DNA of 64,000 nt from Tubulanus polymorphus (taxonomy: Eukaryota; Animalia; Nemertea). The notes below the pieces were generated by a model, which saw nothing but the letters and a program-made list of their open reading frames with translations, was not told where the DNA came from and did not search any database. Below, in pieces: positions 14,771 through 27,475 of the stretch (positions within the stretch are counted from its first letter, which is position 1; every line of letters begins with the position of its first letter). The translations under genes and the position numbers were made by a program. The DNA lies in the NCBI RefSeq assembly GCF_964204645.1, contig NC_134025.1:31352299-31416298 (forward strand), given 5' to 3'.

Positions 14771-17522
14771 TTCAGTGACATTTTTTTCCAACTTCGATTG
14801 TGTTTCCTGATGAAGCTACAACTCAATTTCAATTGAAATCAGTTATAAACCTTCAAACTGTTACTATCAGCGTGAATCATTTGAATCTTTTTATTTCCTT
14901 TAAGGTTTTTTCTATCTGTTTTTCATCTGTTTCCAAATGGGGCCCAATCAATATTGCATAGTTTACATAATGCATATGCAACAATAAGACGAACGATAAT
15001 GCCTGTGAAATTGAGGAAAATCTACTGAAGTTTTCTGTGCCTGGATTTAGATATTTTTAATGTTAAGAAATGTAAGTATGAGTCATCATAGAACCTCGAA
15101 GATTCCCAACACTCCGACTCTTCATCTCTTCATCTCTCCTCTCTCCCTCTCCTCCCTCCTTCCTCCTCTCTCTCTCCTCCCTCCCTCCTCCCTCCTCCCC
15201 CCTCCCTCCCCTTCCTCAAGCTCATTCCGTTGCAAATAAATTTTGGGTGTTCGCTTTGTCTGCAGACTTTCCCGACCAAATTATTCCGGCAAAACATTAT
15301 TGTGGGCAGCGACCGTGCTGGGGTGAGGGTTAAATAGTCTGCGAGTTTTTATTTTTGTCTAAGTGTTATATATAAACACCAGGCTCTACGGATACAAATT
15401 ATGAATGCACTTTTACTATCGCTTCATGATGCATTATTTTCCATGAAAACTTATGCGTGGAAACTCACTGTTCCTGTCTTATATCCCCAGCCTCTCTCTC
15501 TCCCTCTCTCTCTCCCTCTCTTCCCTCGCTCTCTCACTCTCTTCCCTCGCTCTCTCACTCTCTCTCTCTCCCTCTCCCTCTCTTCCCTCGCTCTCTCACT
15601 CTCTTCCCTCGCTCTCTCGCTCATCTTTCAAAGCTACTATTTCAATTCCCGTACGTTCGAATAGTTCAAAAAAACAAGGTTTAGTTTCAAACACTAAAAT
15701 AGATGAAAATCTATTCGCGCAAAAGCGAAAATGTTTGAAGTAAGATAGAACAAATTGTTTACTGTTCAAAATATTAAATCATTATCTCAAAACAGAGAGA
15801 AAAAATCTACCTTAATTTCACGATAGAGAAACTCTTTTCAGTTTAGTTTCAAGGGGGAGACGGGTTTTAATAGTTTAAGGGGAATTTGTTTGAGCTGAAT
15901 TAAATTTGAATAATTCGAGATAGAAGAAGATGGATTTCATATAAATTGAGTTGTTGAATATCGCGCCGTCAGTCGCTGGTGAAGAGTTCGATAGAATAAA
16001 ACACTTCAAAATAAATTAAATATTCCAAAAAGATGAGTTGAATATTATTTCTTTATCAATACATGATTCAAATATTGGAAGCTATTTTTCTTTACTTACA
16101 TTCAAATATAAATCCAAAGGCGAATTTTTATAAAATCCATGACTTCCTTGTTGTCGAATATTGTCCACGAAATAAAAGAGCAAAGAAATGCCATGACTGC
16201 CGCAGTGAGAGACGTGTTATCAGCAACAGAGTTTATCGCTGATCAGAGCACAGATGCGGAAAACCGGCTTTCACTAAAACTATTATAGTCTGTTCTGCAG
16301 TTTACTGAAAGTAAGCGTCATCATTACATAGCGCGAAATCACTCAGCGTACCAATAAACCCCCCTCGAAGAGAATTCATCTGAACCAATAACCCTTACTT
16401 TTAACAGCCAGGGGTCTCGTTATAATACAATATCGTGATTAAAATCTATAGTTGTTAATTTGTGCATTTCTTCACGAATAGAACAACCCGAACACAACCT
16501 CAGTTTGAATCCACTTTCCGCGTGGTTTCATGATTTTGCGTTAGGCATTTCACACATTACACAAACTCATGATCTATTAAAGCATTATAATGTACGGCGC
16601 ACTAGTTTAGATGTTGTCAACCATCAGGAATTTGTAGAATCATAGAATTATACATTTTACAACACTAAAGTATATAAGAGTTAATTCCTGTGAGAAAAGA
16701 TTTGCATCTTGTCAAATCAAAAAATGATCATTTAAAGGGAATCTGACAATTATAACGAAAGATAATCCGAAAATGTTTCCCTGAGCTACCGTAGTTTATT
16801 CAACGATTCGACTATGTTCTAATTAAGCAGCGGAGCAAACTAATGTTTAAAATTATTGCATTTGCAGTGAGTCAAATTCCAACTCACAACTGTGGAACTG
16901 GAACTGACGGGTTCTGCTGACTTATTTTTCTGAATGTATTTTTTTATTTCTGACATCAGAAGCAGCACACATTGTATCCGTATCTTATAGACTGTTATTG
17001 TTATGATTTGACATTGTATGAATATCTACAGAATGATGTGACTGAGAGGAATCCGAGATAACGAAGTCTCCTCGGCACCTGAGCTGATTACCTATTAATA
17101 AACTAACACATGATAAATATATATTTTCTTTTCTAAACATTTTCTTTGTCTTGTACAGCGGAGGAATGTCTGGATCAGTCGTAGATCGTAAAGTTGCATC
17201 TATTTGAAGCTAATATTCATCACTGTATGAGTAATCATAGTTATTCACTAATGATTGTTTCTATCTATGACATGTGACTTCGCTCTATTCTAAGCTGATT
17301 TTTGTCTATTTAATCTTCTGCTAAAAATGAAAGAGTAACAAAAAGGAATTGATATAAATACGATGCTCCTTTTCGATATTGTAGAAATGTCTTCTAGTCA
17401 TTTTAACTGCATGTGACAATTTTGTTGTTAGATCAGGGAGTTGGAGAAAGTACTGTTGCAATCTATAAAGTTACAATAGGTCAAAAAACCTCGGAAAAGA
17501 TGAAAAATTAGAAAAAATTAAT

Positions 17523-17529
17523 CGTCCCT

Positions 17530-17575
<46 letters not shown>

Positions 17576-17596
17576 GACCGATTGCGCCACAGAGAC
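17523..17596 (-). tRNA. tRNA-Asn (anticodon GTT)
   Basis: Exact reverse complement of the 14697-14770 gene; an oligo-T run lies just downstream on the minus strand. Confidence 0.98.
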
Positions 17597-18019
17597 AGTT
17601 GACAACATGCGACCTTGTCACATTACTTGTCTCGTCAGTCATAGAACGCGACATTGAGCGCGACAGTCAAATGAGTCGTGGTGTGATCACACACACAATG
17701 GTAGAGATAATGCGCGGCCTTCGCATCTAGTATTCACATGCTTAGGTGTCACGTTGGCCGTCAAGCGGCCGTCAACTGTTGGTTCAGCAAGAAGCATGCA
17801 CTTGGTGGCCAATATGACGCGGAATTGGCATTATAAAGGTCATACCGACTGTAAAATCGAGCTGAGAAACGGCTACGTCATCTCACCATTTCATGAATGC
17901 ATTCAAATAAATCATTTGTGATTAAACAAATTTAATGGATTAGTTTAGAAATTTAAAGATTCTTGAATGTTATTGCATCATGTAGTTTTATCCATTTGAT
18001 TTACTTGTATTTGATCTGG

Positions 18020-18533
18020 TGAGGGGGACCCGTAACTCACCTGATGAGGGGGACCCGATCAACTCACCTGATGAGGGGGACCCGTAACTCACCTGATGAG
18101 GGGGACCCGATCAACTCACCTGATGAGGGGGACCCGTATTAACTCACCTGATGAGGGGACCCGCATCAACTCACCTGATGAGGGGGACCCGACCAACTCA
18201 CCTGATGAGGGGGATCCGTATAAACTGACCCGATGAGGGGGATCCGTATTAACTGACCTGATGAGGGGACCCGCATCAACTCACCTGATGAGGGGGACCC
18301 AACTCACCTGATGAGGGGGTATATTACAACTCACCTGATGAGGGGGTATATTAACTCACCTGATGAGGGGGGACCCCGTATTAACTCACCTGATGAGGGG
18401 GTATATTAACTCACCTGATGAGGGGGGACCCCGTATTAACTCACCTGATGAGGGGGACCCGTATTAACTCACCTGATGAGGGGGGACCCCGTATTAACTC
18501 ACCTGATGAGGGGGACCCAACTCACCTGATGAG
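18020..18533. repeat. ~25-30-bp minisatellite (about 19 copies) containing a 5' splice site on the minus strand
   Basis: Unit aactcacctgatgagggggacccgtatt; its reverse complement contains CAG|GTGAGTT. Confidence 0.93.
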
Positions 18534-18563
18534 GAGAGCTCGAAAGTCACAAAACTGTTCATT
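18526..18563 (-). other. candidate 38-nt exon (A ATG AAC AGT TTT ...; MNSFVTFELSSS, phase 1) of an unidentified minus-strand gene
   Basis: Near-perfect acceptor ttttcttatttcag and donor CAG|GTGAGT bracket an ATG-initiated frame that is open up to the donor. Confidence 0.45.
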
Positions 18564-19193
18564 CTGAAATAAGAAAATGAGGTTTTGTTCATCGCGCTAA
18601 ATGGATTTTCAGTCGAACTGTCTCATATTCCGCAGTTTGAATCGTGTTTACTACGAGTTGTAGGTTTAGAATCTCTAACTGTAGAAACTAAAGTGGTTTT
18701 CAATCTGCGATTAGTAGATTGTAAAGTCGAGTGTTTTTACTATTGAATATCACGTTTAATCTATGATTATTCGATCCTCCGTAGCAGCAGATGAGATTTT
18801 AACGGATAGATTACGGCAGAGCAGTACTGCTAACGGCTGCAGATATCGCCTGATCTTACCTTCAAATTCAGTTTCACAGTAAAGTCGAGTAAAAGTTTTT
18901 ATCAATTGAAAATGAACAGTTGGCATAAGTTGAACATACGTTTTACGTTTAGGCCATTTATCAATCATAGAATGGTATTTCAGCTTGAAGTCAATTCCGT
19001 AGCTTTACTCTCAGACTCTTACCTTGTGTTACTGATCCGTGCTAGCACTGAGCACTGGGGAATATATAGTTTATGAGAGTAAAACCTAATAAACAAACCG
19101 ATTTACAAAACAAGTCGTAAATTTATCAAACCACATAGATTCCTGATAGTTGGGTGTATATCGCATAGACCTGGGCCAAGTGGCGACGTTCAG

Positions 19194-19411
19194 GGGCCGG
19201 TTCCATAGTCATGGCTTAGACTTAAGACCAGTTTAAGACCATCTCAGTTCTATAACCAATCTAACAACTTAGTCTTAGAATTTAAGACCATTTCTCAACT
19301 GAGGAACCGGTGGGACCCAGTTCCACAGTTGTGAGTTAAGGTTTAACTAATTGAAAATGAACTAACTTTAACTCAGAGTTAACTCTAACTCACAACTGTG
19401 GAACTGGGTCC
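19194..19411. mobile_element. two adjacent MITE-like elements of a GG(G/A)YCCRGTTYCAYA-terminated family (PIF/Harbinger-like, inferred)
   Basis: 19313-19411 has long inverted arms ggacccagttccacagttgtgagtta...taactcacaactgtggaactgggtcc. 19194-~19310 begins ggggccggttccatagtc like the copy at 61826. Confidence 0.7.
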
Positions 19412-19764
19412 AGGGGTCTGACCTTAGTTAAGACCGATCTTAAATCTAAGCCAGACTGTGTTCAACTATAGCCTCGGGTGCATTGTACTCCTTTTTGTCC
19501 TGGAATTGACGTTCAACCTCTAGACATAAAAGCTAAGTCGAACAAATTATTCTATAGAATTCAAAACTGGTGAAAAATCGTTGCAACCTCGTGAATTGAC
19601 AGAGAGTGATGATGTGACATATTGTCGCGAAGTGTCACGTGTCTCTGTCTACCGGGATCAATGACTTAGTATCGAGAACTCATCACCTGATTAATGCACA
19701 ATCACGTCCATTTCAATTGCCAATTGTCAATTGTGAATTATCGATCGATGTGACAATGTCAACT

Positions 19765-19785
19765 GTCTCTGTGGCGCAATCGGTC

Positions 19786-19831
<46 letters not shown>

Positions 19832-19838
19832 AGGGACG
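19765..19838 (+). tRNA. tRNA-Asn (anticodon GTT)
   Basis: Identical 74-nt sequence to the other two copies, followed by oligo-T runs. Confidence 0.98.
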
Positions 19839-21522
19839 ATTTATTTTCTTTTTTACTTTCAATAGTTTAACCATAAAGTCAGCTTTGAACTGGAACTGAA
19901 GGAATTTAGTCCCGGGGGGTGAAGTAAGGTTAGGTGATCGGTTGTTTTGGCTTTGAACTTATTTGAAATCCATTTATTTATCTTGAACGTAAAATAAAAC
20001 CATGGATGATGATCTAAGGTGGTCTGCAGGCTCTTTTACGCAATCTCTCAAGTGGAATTATCATGAAATGTTCGACCCATAGCTCAGAGTAGAGTGAGTT
20101 CTACCGGTGCAGTTACGCGCAAACAAAACAACTCAACTTAAACATAAACAATAATTCCCAGGGTCCAATAACGGCATAATATATCCTGTGGATTCCTCGA
20201 TAAATAATCGATGGTAAGGCCCCCTGGTGGAGCGATGGTAAGGCCCCCTGGTGACGTTGCTTTCTCAGATGGGGTCTAGTTATCTATAACAGTAGGTTAC
20301 GAGTGATTAGTATATCTCTCTCTCACCCTGGGGTAGGCCTACAGAGCATAGTTCTCCGACCCTCGCGTTTCAGTATCATCAGCTATAGTTTAGAAAGGTC
20401 ATGATATGAAAATCGTTTAAGAATATGTGAATTACTGAATGAAATGTTTCGAGAGCGGTATCAAACGGGGTCGAAATAGAAAAAAATGTTGCGTTATAAC
20501 ATTGGAAATAAACTGATTCTATCTAATCAAACTTAACCACGAGCTATGACAAACTCCTGGACTCAGTTCCACAGTTCTATCGGTTAGAATTTTTGAGTTT
20601 AAAAAATTTGTAATGAACTGATGTAATGAACTGATTTAATTGTCTATAGTCAAACCTAATCAAGGATTGAGGATCTATGATGTGGTTGCAGTTCGGCACA
20701 GTATGGTCGTCTTATCTCGGTCGAGCTCTGTCAAAAACAGATTCCCAAAATCGAGTTCTCTGGAATCTACGTATCTGTTTTCTTTGAGCGGCTTTTTTAT
20801 ACCGATTACATCAGAAACCGGGCATAGTTTGGATCAAAACGTCAAACACTAGATAATCCAGATCGGAAGTTAAGTGCCGCCATTTTGGGGACAAACAAAG
20901 TTCCGTGTCTGATATTGAAGTAGTTGGTAATCAAGAGTAATCGGTTCCCGGCGTCTTGATCTACTAGAGTATCGGTTCTCGGCGTCCCCGGGTGAGAACC
21001 AACAACAGCAAATATCTGTGTAAAACAACCTCCTAAAAATCAATTTAGCGCCGGGAGAGAATTGTGAGAGGATTCTGTGAATGACAGCTGCTGCAGCAAG
21101 AACTAAAACCAATCTCAACTAAATCCTTCCGTTGCAGTTTCTTGGAAGAGAACTTTATTCCGATGGTATTTTTTCCTGATGAGGAGACAACAACAGTCCG
21201 TTATAGGGTGAGGGTTCATCCGTACTGTACTCGATGAACTCGTTTTTTAAATTAACAAGAAAATACTTCGATATCAATATTCCTTTCAGAATTACATTAA
21301 ATCGCATGAAATAGATTTTCAAAATTTTTGGTGCACATATAACTAGCCAGATTAAGGTTAATATTGTGACCAACACGGAACAATTGAAATTGTTGAATAT
21401 ATCAAAATTGAAATCAAATTTGGGGGCTCTTACCCGATGATGGGAAATTAATACTTGTTACCTATTCCAGTTGATCTGTAAGTTCCTGTAGCGCGTGCCT
21501 CATTTCAATGTGTTTCACTCAC

Positions 21523-21589
21523 CTAACTCTTCACTCGCGGCACTGGACGAAAGTTCCTTAGTTGATGTGGCTTGAATCTTTTTTACCAT
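21523..21589 (-). other. candidate alternative first coding exon (MVKKIQATSTKELSSSAASEEL, phase 1) of an unidentified minus-strand gene
   Basis: gccATGG strong Kozak context, an in-frame stop 5 codons upstream, and 22 open codons ending at TAG|GTGAGT. Confidence 0.4.
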
Positions 21590-23065
21590 GGCGAAACCTG
21601 ATTAGCGACATGATGCTAACGCGCTGTTAACTTGACTTGTAATGCATGATGCTCATTCTGATTTCTGGCCATCGGTCGACTGAGCGAATTCCTTTTATGT
21701 AACATTATGTAAGTACAATTGTCTGTCCGTCTCGACTTCACGAGTTGCCAAGTCGGCGACTCTCCTTTCAAGTATAGCTGCTCATATTTACTTAGTTTGA
21801 TTTCAATCTCTCAATTGCGAGGAATTCTGTAAATGATTACATAATAAATTTGACCAGGACTGCATCGCGATAACAACAGGACAATACGATACCGGGAAGT
21901 TCAGCACATGGCCTCGTGGAACTGCCGCATGGAAACGCCGCAGTCACTGGCGACATGGCACTGATTGATTCATCTCTGATTCGACCATATCTGGACGATA
22001 AATATATAACCACCTTAAAAAACCGATGGTCAGCAAAATATACCCGATTGCACCCAGTCCGTCAGCCTATACCCGATCGCACCCAGTCCGTCAGCCTCGT
22101 GTGCAGCCATCCAGTGCTGTCTGAAATTACAGACTTCTCCATCTGCTTAACAGAGCGCTGAAAAACGGTGTTTATAGTTTCAGTTACCAAACCTTCAAAG
22201 ACTCACATCCTTATAGAATAGTTACAAATCTGGCTTACTAGAATAATTCGGCCACAGGCGGCAAACAGAAAGAAATTGATTAATAAATCCAAGTGACCAG
22301 AATTCAGTAGACCAGCTGCACGTGTAAGACGGGAGGGAGGGCTGCAGGGATGTTCGCCAGCTTTTTAGTTTATTAATGAATGTTGTTTTGTGATAAGTAG
22401 CAAAACAATGAAAAATCAGGCGTTCGTTTGCAAGAGTTCAATGAGTACATTCTCAACACATGAATTACACCTCAAACCAACTGCGCGGACCACATCCAAC
22501 TGACGCGCATCCAGCCTACCACTGCCGCTCGAGGGCTGGGAGAGATTTTACTTAACCGTGCCCTTTGGAAAGGTAGAAGAAAATAGCTCAATTGCAGGCC
22601 TCGAAAAATTGAATCAATACAACGACCAGTGGCAATTGGGCAGGGATATATTGTCCTGTTGCGCGAGTGTCCCGTGGTCGTGGATGATTTCGGGTAGGTC
22701 TGCATTAATAGAATTTGCAGATGATTCGACTGCATATTGTTATATTAGTGGATTATTCATTATTTTTCCTGACAGAAGCGGATCCAAAACTCACAGGAAA
22801 ATTCACATCCCAATTTAAGTTTTCCCGCCCGATCAGTGCCTGACCACGAGAAGCGGCGTCTGAGTTGATGGAGTCTCGTTTCCATTCCTTCATTTTTTGA
22901 GTATGTCAAACCAATAATATTCCTCTCCACGGGCCATTGGGTTAATGAGGATGCTAACACTAAGGCTTCGGCTAAGTATTATGATTTGAAAGGACGCCGG
23001 AGTGATGAGTGATGACTCGACTCTCACAAATTCTACACCGTCTACAGTCGCCATCTACATTTAAA

Positions 23066-24795
23066 ATGTCTGACGTTTGGTGTTTTGTGTTTTGTCTCTT
23101 AGATGACGGTTTCCTTTTGTTTCTAGCCGTCTTTTATGTATCCTTTTATTCTGAAGCGTTTAACGAACATTTAAATACATATGAATCAATGGACTTGATG
23201 TGTAACACTAGAAACGTCTTATCTGGTTATAATGAGTTGTGCTTAGATTATTTATAGTTCGATAGAATTCCGAATGGTGGCAGCATCGGCCGGTGAATAG
23301 TCATTTGACAAATTAGTTAAAATCCTTAATTATTTTGTTCAGGTAATAACGTTATCAGATTTAGAATGTGATTATATGAATGCAAGGGAATGCTGTGGTC
23401 GTTTAAACAAGGTGAATTTCCTAACGAATTCTTACTCTTGAATGAGATTCTGGATAATTGAAATTCTATTCACAATCAAAAGTTTTGTTTTGTTTCTGTT
23501 TTTCAGTGGGTTGTTCCTCAAATGATTGGTTTGTGTTTGATCACGATGTTTCTGCTGTTAACTTGGCATTGGATTCTATTTTTGATACATTTACCGTTGA
23601 CTGTTTGGCAAATCAAAAAGTAAGTAATTGAAAACCAGGATCCAGTTCCACAGTTGTGAGTTAGAGTTAACTCTTGAGTTAAAGTCAGTTCATTTTCAAT
23701 GTTTTAACCCAGGGTCAAATCTTAACTCAGAACTGTGGAACTGAACCCTGGTCTGGTTCCGCAACCGATCTGAACTAACTCAACCCAACCCAGGCAGTGG
23801 TGTTGGCAATAATTTACTGATTGACATTTTTGTTTTTGAATATCATGTTTTTGATGAAATTGAAGTAAATTCACCGTGACAACATATCAGATAAACCTGT
23901 CAAAATTGCAATTGCTCCCAAAGCGCCTGCAGGGAAGTGTTCACTCCCACCTCCTTGACTTAACAAACTATTGTAGAACTTGTACTAATTAGGAGCTGTT
24001 TCTATTGTTCTTGGCCAAGTTTGAGGCTCACAGGACGTTAAAACATAGAAAATAAACTTATTTTAACTCTAGATTCAAACTTAAGCAACAATATCCGTAT
24101 AAATGTGATCTATATTATAAAACCTAACTAGATGAATGGCATGTTTTGTATTTTAAGGTGGTATCAGAAACCACAAGGGTTTATCGGTATTTACGACCCA
24201 ACTGAAATTCATAATCGTTCGTTATTGAAAGGTTACATGCGAGAATCAATGGTTAAATTAGGATTTCATATCGTTTTCTTCTTCGTCTTTCTCTACAAGT
24301 AAGTAATGATCTAGTTTATTAATCATTAATTGAAATTATTTTTGATTATATTTTTGTTAAATTCCCATCTAATAAAAGCAGAATGGGATCATTCATTTAT
24401 TACGTACGCATTAGGGGAGGGGGAGGGGGCAGTGCAATTGCGTACTGTTATGCTTAATGTATATGAAAAAATGGCCGATTTGGGTGAAAAAGTCAAATTT
24501 TATGTGTACGTAATAAATGAATGATCCCAATGTGCATAGAACAGTAGACTTTGCTCAGGTCGGACCTTTTGGGACCATAAAAATGACTTAAGAGTATCTG
24601 AGTTGGATGGAAATAGTGTCACAAACATGCAAGTTGAAATCATCCCACTCCGGCAGAGTCTACAGTGTTTCAACTAAGTATTTACAAAATAATGTCGATA
24701 TTTATTGTTTGATGTATAATTTCAGTATGATATCCTCATTGGTATCACCGATGGATCTATCTGATTATCACGACCCAATGATGTTTCCTGGTTAA
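23066..24795 (+). CDS. CNIH4: protein cornichon homolog 4 (ER cargo receptor), 154 aa
   Basis: Exons 23066-23137, 23343-23411, 23507-23619, 24158-24298 and 24726-24795 join in frame: [55 protein letters not shown]...[73 protein letters not shown]...FPG*. The [10 protein letters not shown] and DPTEIHNR motifs are those of CNIH4. Confidence 0.96.
23138..23342 (+). other. U12-type (minor spliceosome) GT-AG intron 1 of CNIH4
   Basis: Donor GTATCCTTT, branch site TCCTTAAT at 23323-23330 about 13 nt before the AG, no extended polypyrimidine tract. Confidence 0.9.
23638..23747. mobile_element. MITE, same family as 19313-19411
   Basis: ggatccagttccacagtt...aactgtggaactgaacc, flanked by CAG/CTG. Further copies or relics lie near 32107-32172, 38433-38463, 41637-41732, 52106-52538, 54969-54999 and 56206-56291. 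Confidence 0.75.
24385..24528. mobile_element. MITE with ~24-bp TIRs and a 3-bp direct flank (AAT), in CNIH4 intron 4
   Basis: gggatcattcatttattacgtac ... gtacgtaataaatgaatgatccc. A degenerate copy in opposite orientation is at about 50904-51068. Confidence 0.8.
24542..24665. mobile_element. degenerate MITE with CAGTAGACT termini (Tc1/pogo-like, inferred)
   Basis: cagtagactttgc...gcagagtctacag. Related ends gtcaaaagatccgacttgag...agtctactgt occur at about 32377-32410 and 48830-48862. Confidence 0.45.
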
Positions 24796-25070
24796 CAACA
24801 TTCTATTTCTCTCATCAAGTCGTCGCTTTTACAAGTATTTTCTTTCTTTTATTTGCACCGAACATTTTTCGATGGTTTCTTATAAATTAACGCATTCTAC
24901 ACCTGAGCGATATATGAGTTCACGAGGGAGTTCCGTTCCAGAGTTCTCGGGTCACAATTTGACTCATGTTTTAACTCATGTTTAACCGTGAACTGTGGAA
25001 CTCGATTCGAGGTTATCTTCACACATATCAAGTAAAATAAGTTATAAAATGTAATCAATCATTTATTTAA

Positions 25071-25358
25071 CCCTTTCAGTGCGTCTACACCGCAGTGCGG
25101 TGTATAAATCAGTGATGGATTTTGCTAGTACCCCGCACTACGGTGTATTGATGTAATTAGTAATTAGTAATTATCTCTATTGAAAAATGGCAGCAAGTGT
25201 CAAACATAGTGAAATACTAGTAACTAACGATACACCGCACTGCGGTGTAGACGCACTATAGTGGTATTCCCATTGTTCAACACACTAGGGTGGAATTTTT
25301 TAGAATTTTCAAATTTTCTCTAGCACTATAGGGTATTAATTAGTCAGCACTGAAAGGG
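25071..25358. mobile_element. non-autonomous piggyBac-type element
   Basis: TTAA|CCCTTTCAGTGC ... GCACTGAAAGGG|TTAA, i.e. a TTAA target duplication and CCC...GGG ends. It also has a 27-bp internal inverted repeat (25078-25104 / 25231-25257). Confidence 0.88.
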
Positions 25359-27242
25359 TTAAACTATGATGATTTTAGCATATTAGATTGGTCAATGTAG
25401 AAAATTTGTGAATAGGTGATCCATGTATAAGTGATAGTTTGACCCCACCGCGCCCTGAAATAAATGGCTCCCTGATTTACTTTCTAAATGAACCCAAAAT
25501 TTAGAAAATGATGTGATCAGTATTATAGAACTGAAAATGAATCCGATATTTCAGATTATAAAATGACACGCCTTTCACTGCTTTCACAGTTAATTCATAT
25601 TCTCTTTATGTGTTCACTGGAGTTTAAACAAAATTGAATTCTAACAGAAGTAACTATTGATGTAAACAAAAAGATCCTCTTTATGTATTTTAGATGTAGA
25701 TACTCGTCACTAAACCGGTTTAATGTGAAACTGGTAGTAAATATGAATTATGAATTTTAAATGCATTTATAAATGTCGATGGTTTTGTCTTCACTGAATT
25801 GTATCGAACAAATATAACGTGCTTTATATTTATAAATGGTTTTAATATTGATCAACAATAAATGGATATCGTTTTTATTGTGAATTTTCTCAGTCTTTTT
25901 ATGACGAGGTTTGTAGCAAGTCTAGGTGCTTATTGGAAAGGCCCTGATCTGTGGTTACTTTTCATTAAAATGTCAAAAAGGACAGCGCTGAAAAGTTCAA
26001 CTATTTGACTTACAAATCCAAAAATCTGTCAAAGCATTCGTAATTGAGGATAGTCGGTGTAATAACATTTTATGGCGATAAATATGCGCTATTACTTTAG
26101 TTCACAGAAATTCCGCTATCGTTATTCTTTGGGGCAGCACTGAACGGCTGAGATCTAATATTACCTCGCTATTCTACTGTGGCATGCGAGGAGTACTGAT
26201 ACATTCTCTGTCAAATTTCATTCATCCCTAAACACTAGTTTTGTTTAAATGATTAATGGTACAATTAACGTATCAACGTTAAAACTTAATTTAAGGGAAA
26301 TCTGCTTTTGCAGAAGATTTTCAAGTCACTTTTTACAGAACTATTTGCTCAGCGAATGTACTAGCATTCGGTAAAGCGGCAGATTCACATGCCACAGAAA
26401 GAATTTAAAACAAATTTAATTTTATTCTGAAAGTTTTCTGACCATTTATATTAAGGAAGTAAATATTTTGCCAATGCGGCATTATTTTAGTAAACGCTAT
26501 TAATCAATATTCTGCTAACTGTAGCTTTCTCTTTCCACAGATCTCACGGGACCAATAAATTTCATTTACGTCATGCTGTACCAGGAGAAGCTAATTGCCC
26601 ACAATGATTCATGATTCGCTTTTGAATTTTGCTTTCAATACTTTGTACCACATTACAAATGTGCTGCATTAAATATTTTTCAGGTCAAAATGAAGCACTT
26701 TTTGTGAAACATAAACACAAATCAGGGCTTTAATAAATCATAGCAGTATTAGTAGACTTGCTACAAACCACGACACAAATAGATACACTCAATATTCATA
26801 TATATTTACATATTTTTATTAAAATAATGAATAAAATGAATAATGTTGTTATTCATACAGTCTTTGACGTGTTGTATTCAGTATTTGGTGTAATTTCATT
26901 TCTCAAAAACACAAAAAATAGCATTCATTCAAAAAGCAAATTAAACTCATGCATCAAATTAAACATCATCACCCTCCTGATCAACTCCTCCGCTGTCCCT
27001 GTTCTATGACTAGCTGTAATTAGTGCCAGGTAGTTGTACCATCTTTTTCATTTTAAACTAACTCAATTATTTCAATTACGCACGGTCAACACCCAGCATA
27101 CCACTAGCTCCACCTATAACTAGCCCCGCCTCGATGTATCAGGGGTTGACTGTACTTAAACTCACACCTATAGAGCGGGTCCTCTGTCTCTATGCAACCA
27201 TCTTCTCAGGTTCAACTTTTCAACACATTAATCTATAATACA

Positions 27243-27475
27243 GCCAGGTCAGGCCCGACACTGTGGCTATCAGACCAGACCAGGCCAGGCCCGACACTGT
27301 GGCTATCAGCCCAGACAAGGCCAGGCCAGACCAGACACTGTGGATATCAGTCAGCCCAGACCAGGCCAGGCCCGACACTGTGGCTATCAGCCCAGACAAG
27401 GCCAGGCCAGACCAGACCAGACACTGTGGATATCAGTCAGCCCAGACCAGGCCAGGCTTGACACTGGCTATCAGC
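27243..27475. repeat. minisatellite (ccagRccaggcccgacactgtggMtatcag units)
   Basis: Tandem copies with a dimeric higher-order pattern, downstream of the WDR26 stop. Confidence 0.88.

Noticed and set aside
18521-18552. CTGATGA-ggagagctc-GAAA-GTC at the end of the 18-kb array resembles a second hammerhead
   Set aside because: Stem II is only 2-3 bp, stem I cannot pair (ctcac versus acaaa), and the other units lack GAAA. A minus-strand exon and donor explain the sequence better.
20841-21118. Minus-strand ORF with a hydrophobic start and a nearby caaaATGGCGG
   Set aside because: The 82-aa ORF lacks an ATG start, and the ATGGCG frame stops after 13 codons; more likely leader sequence or a YY1-like motif.
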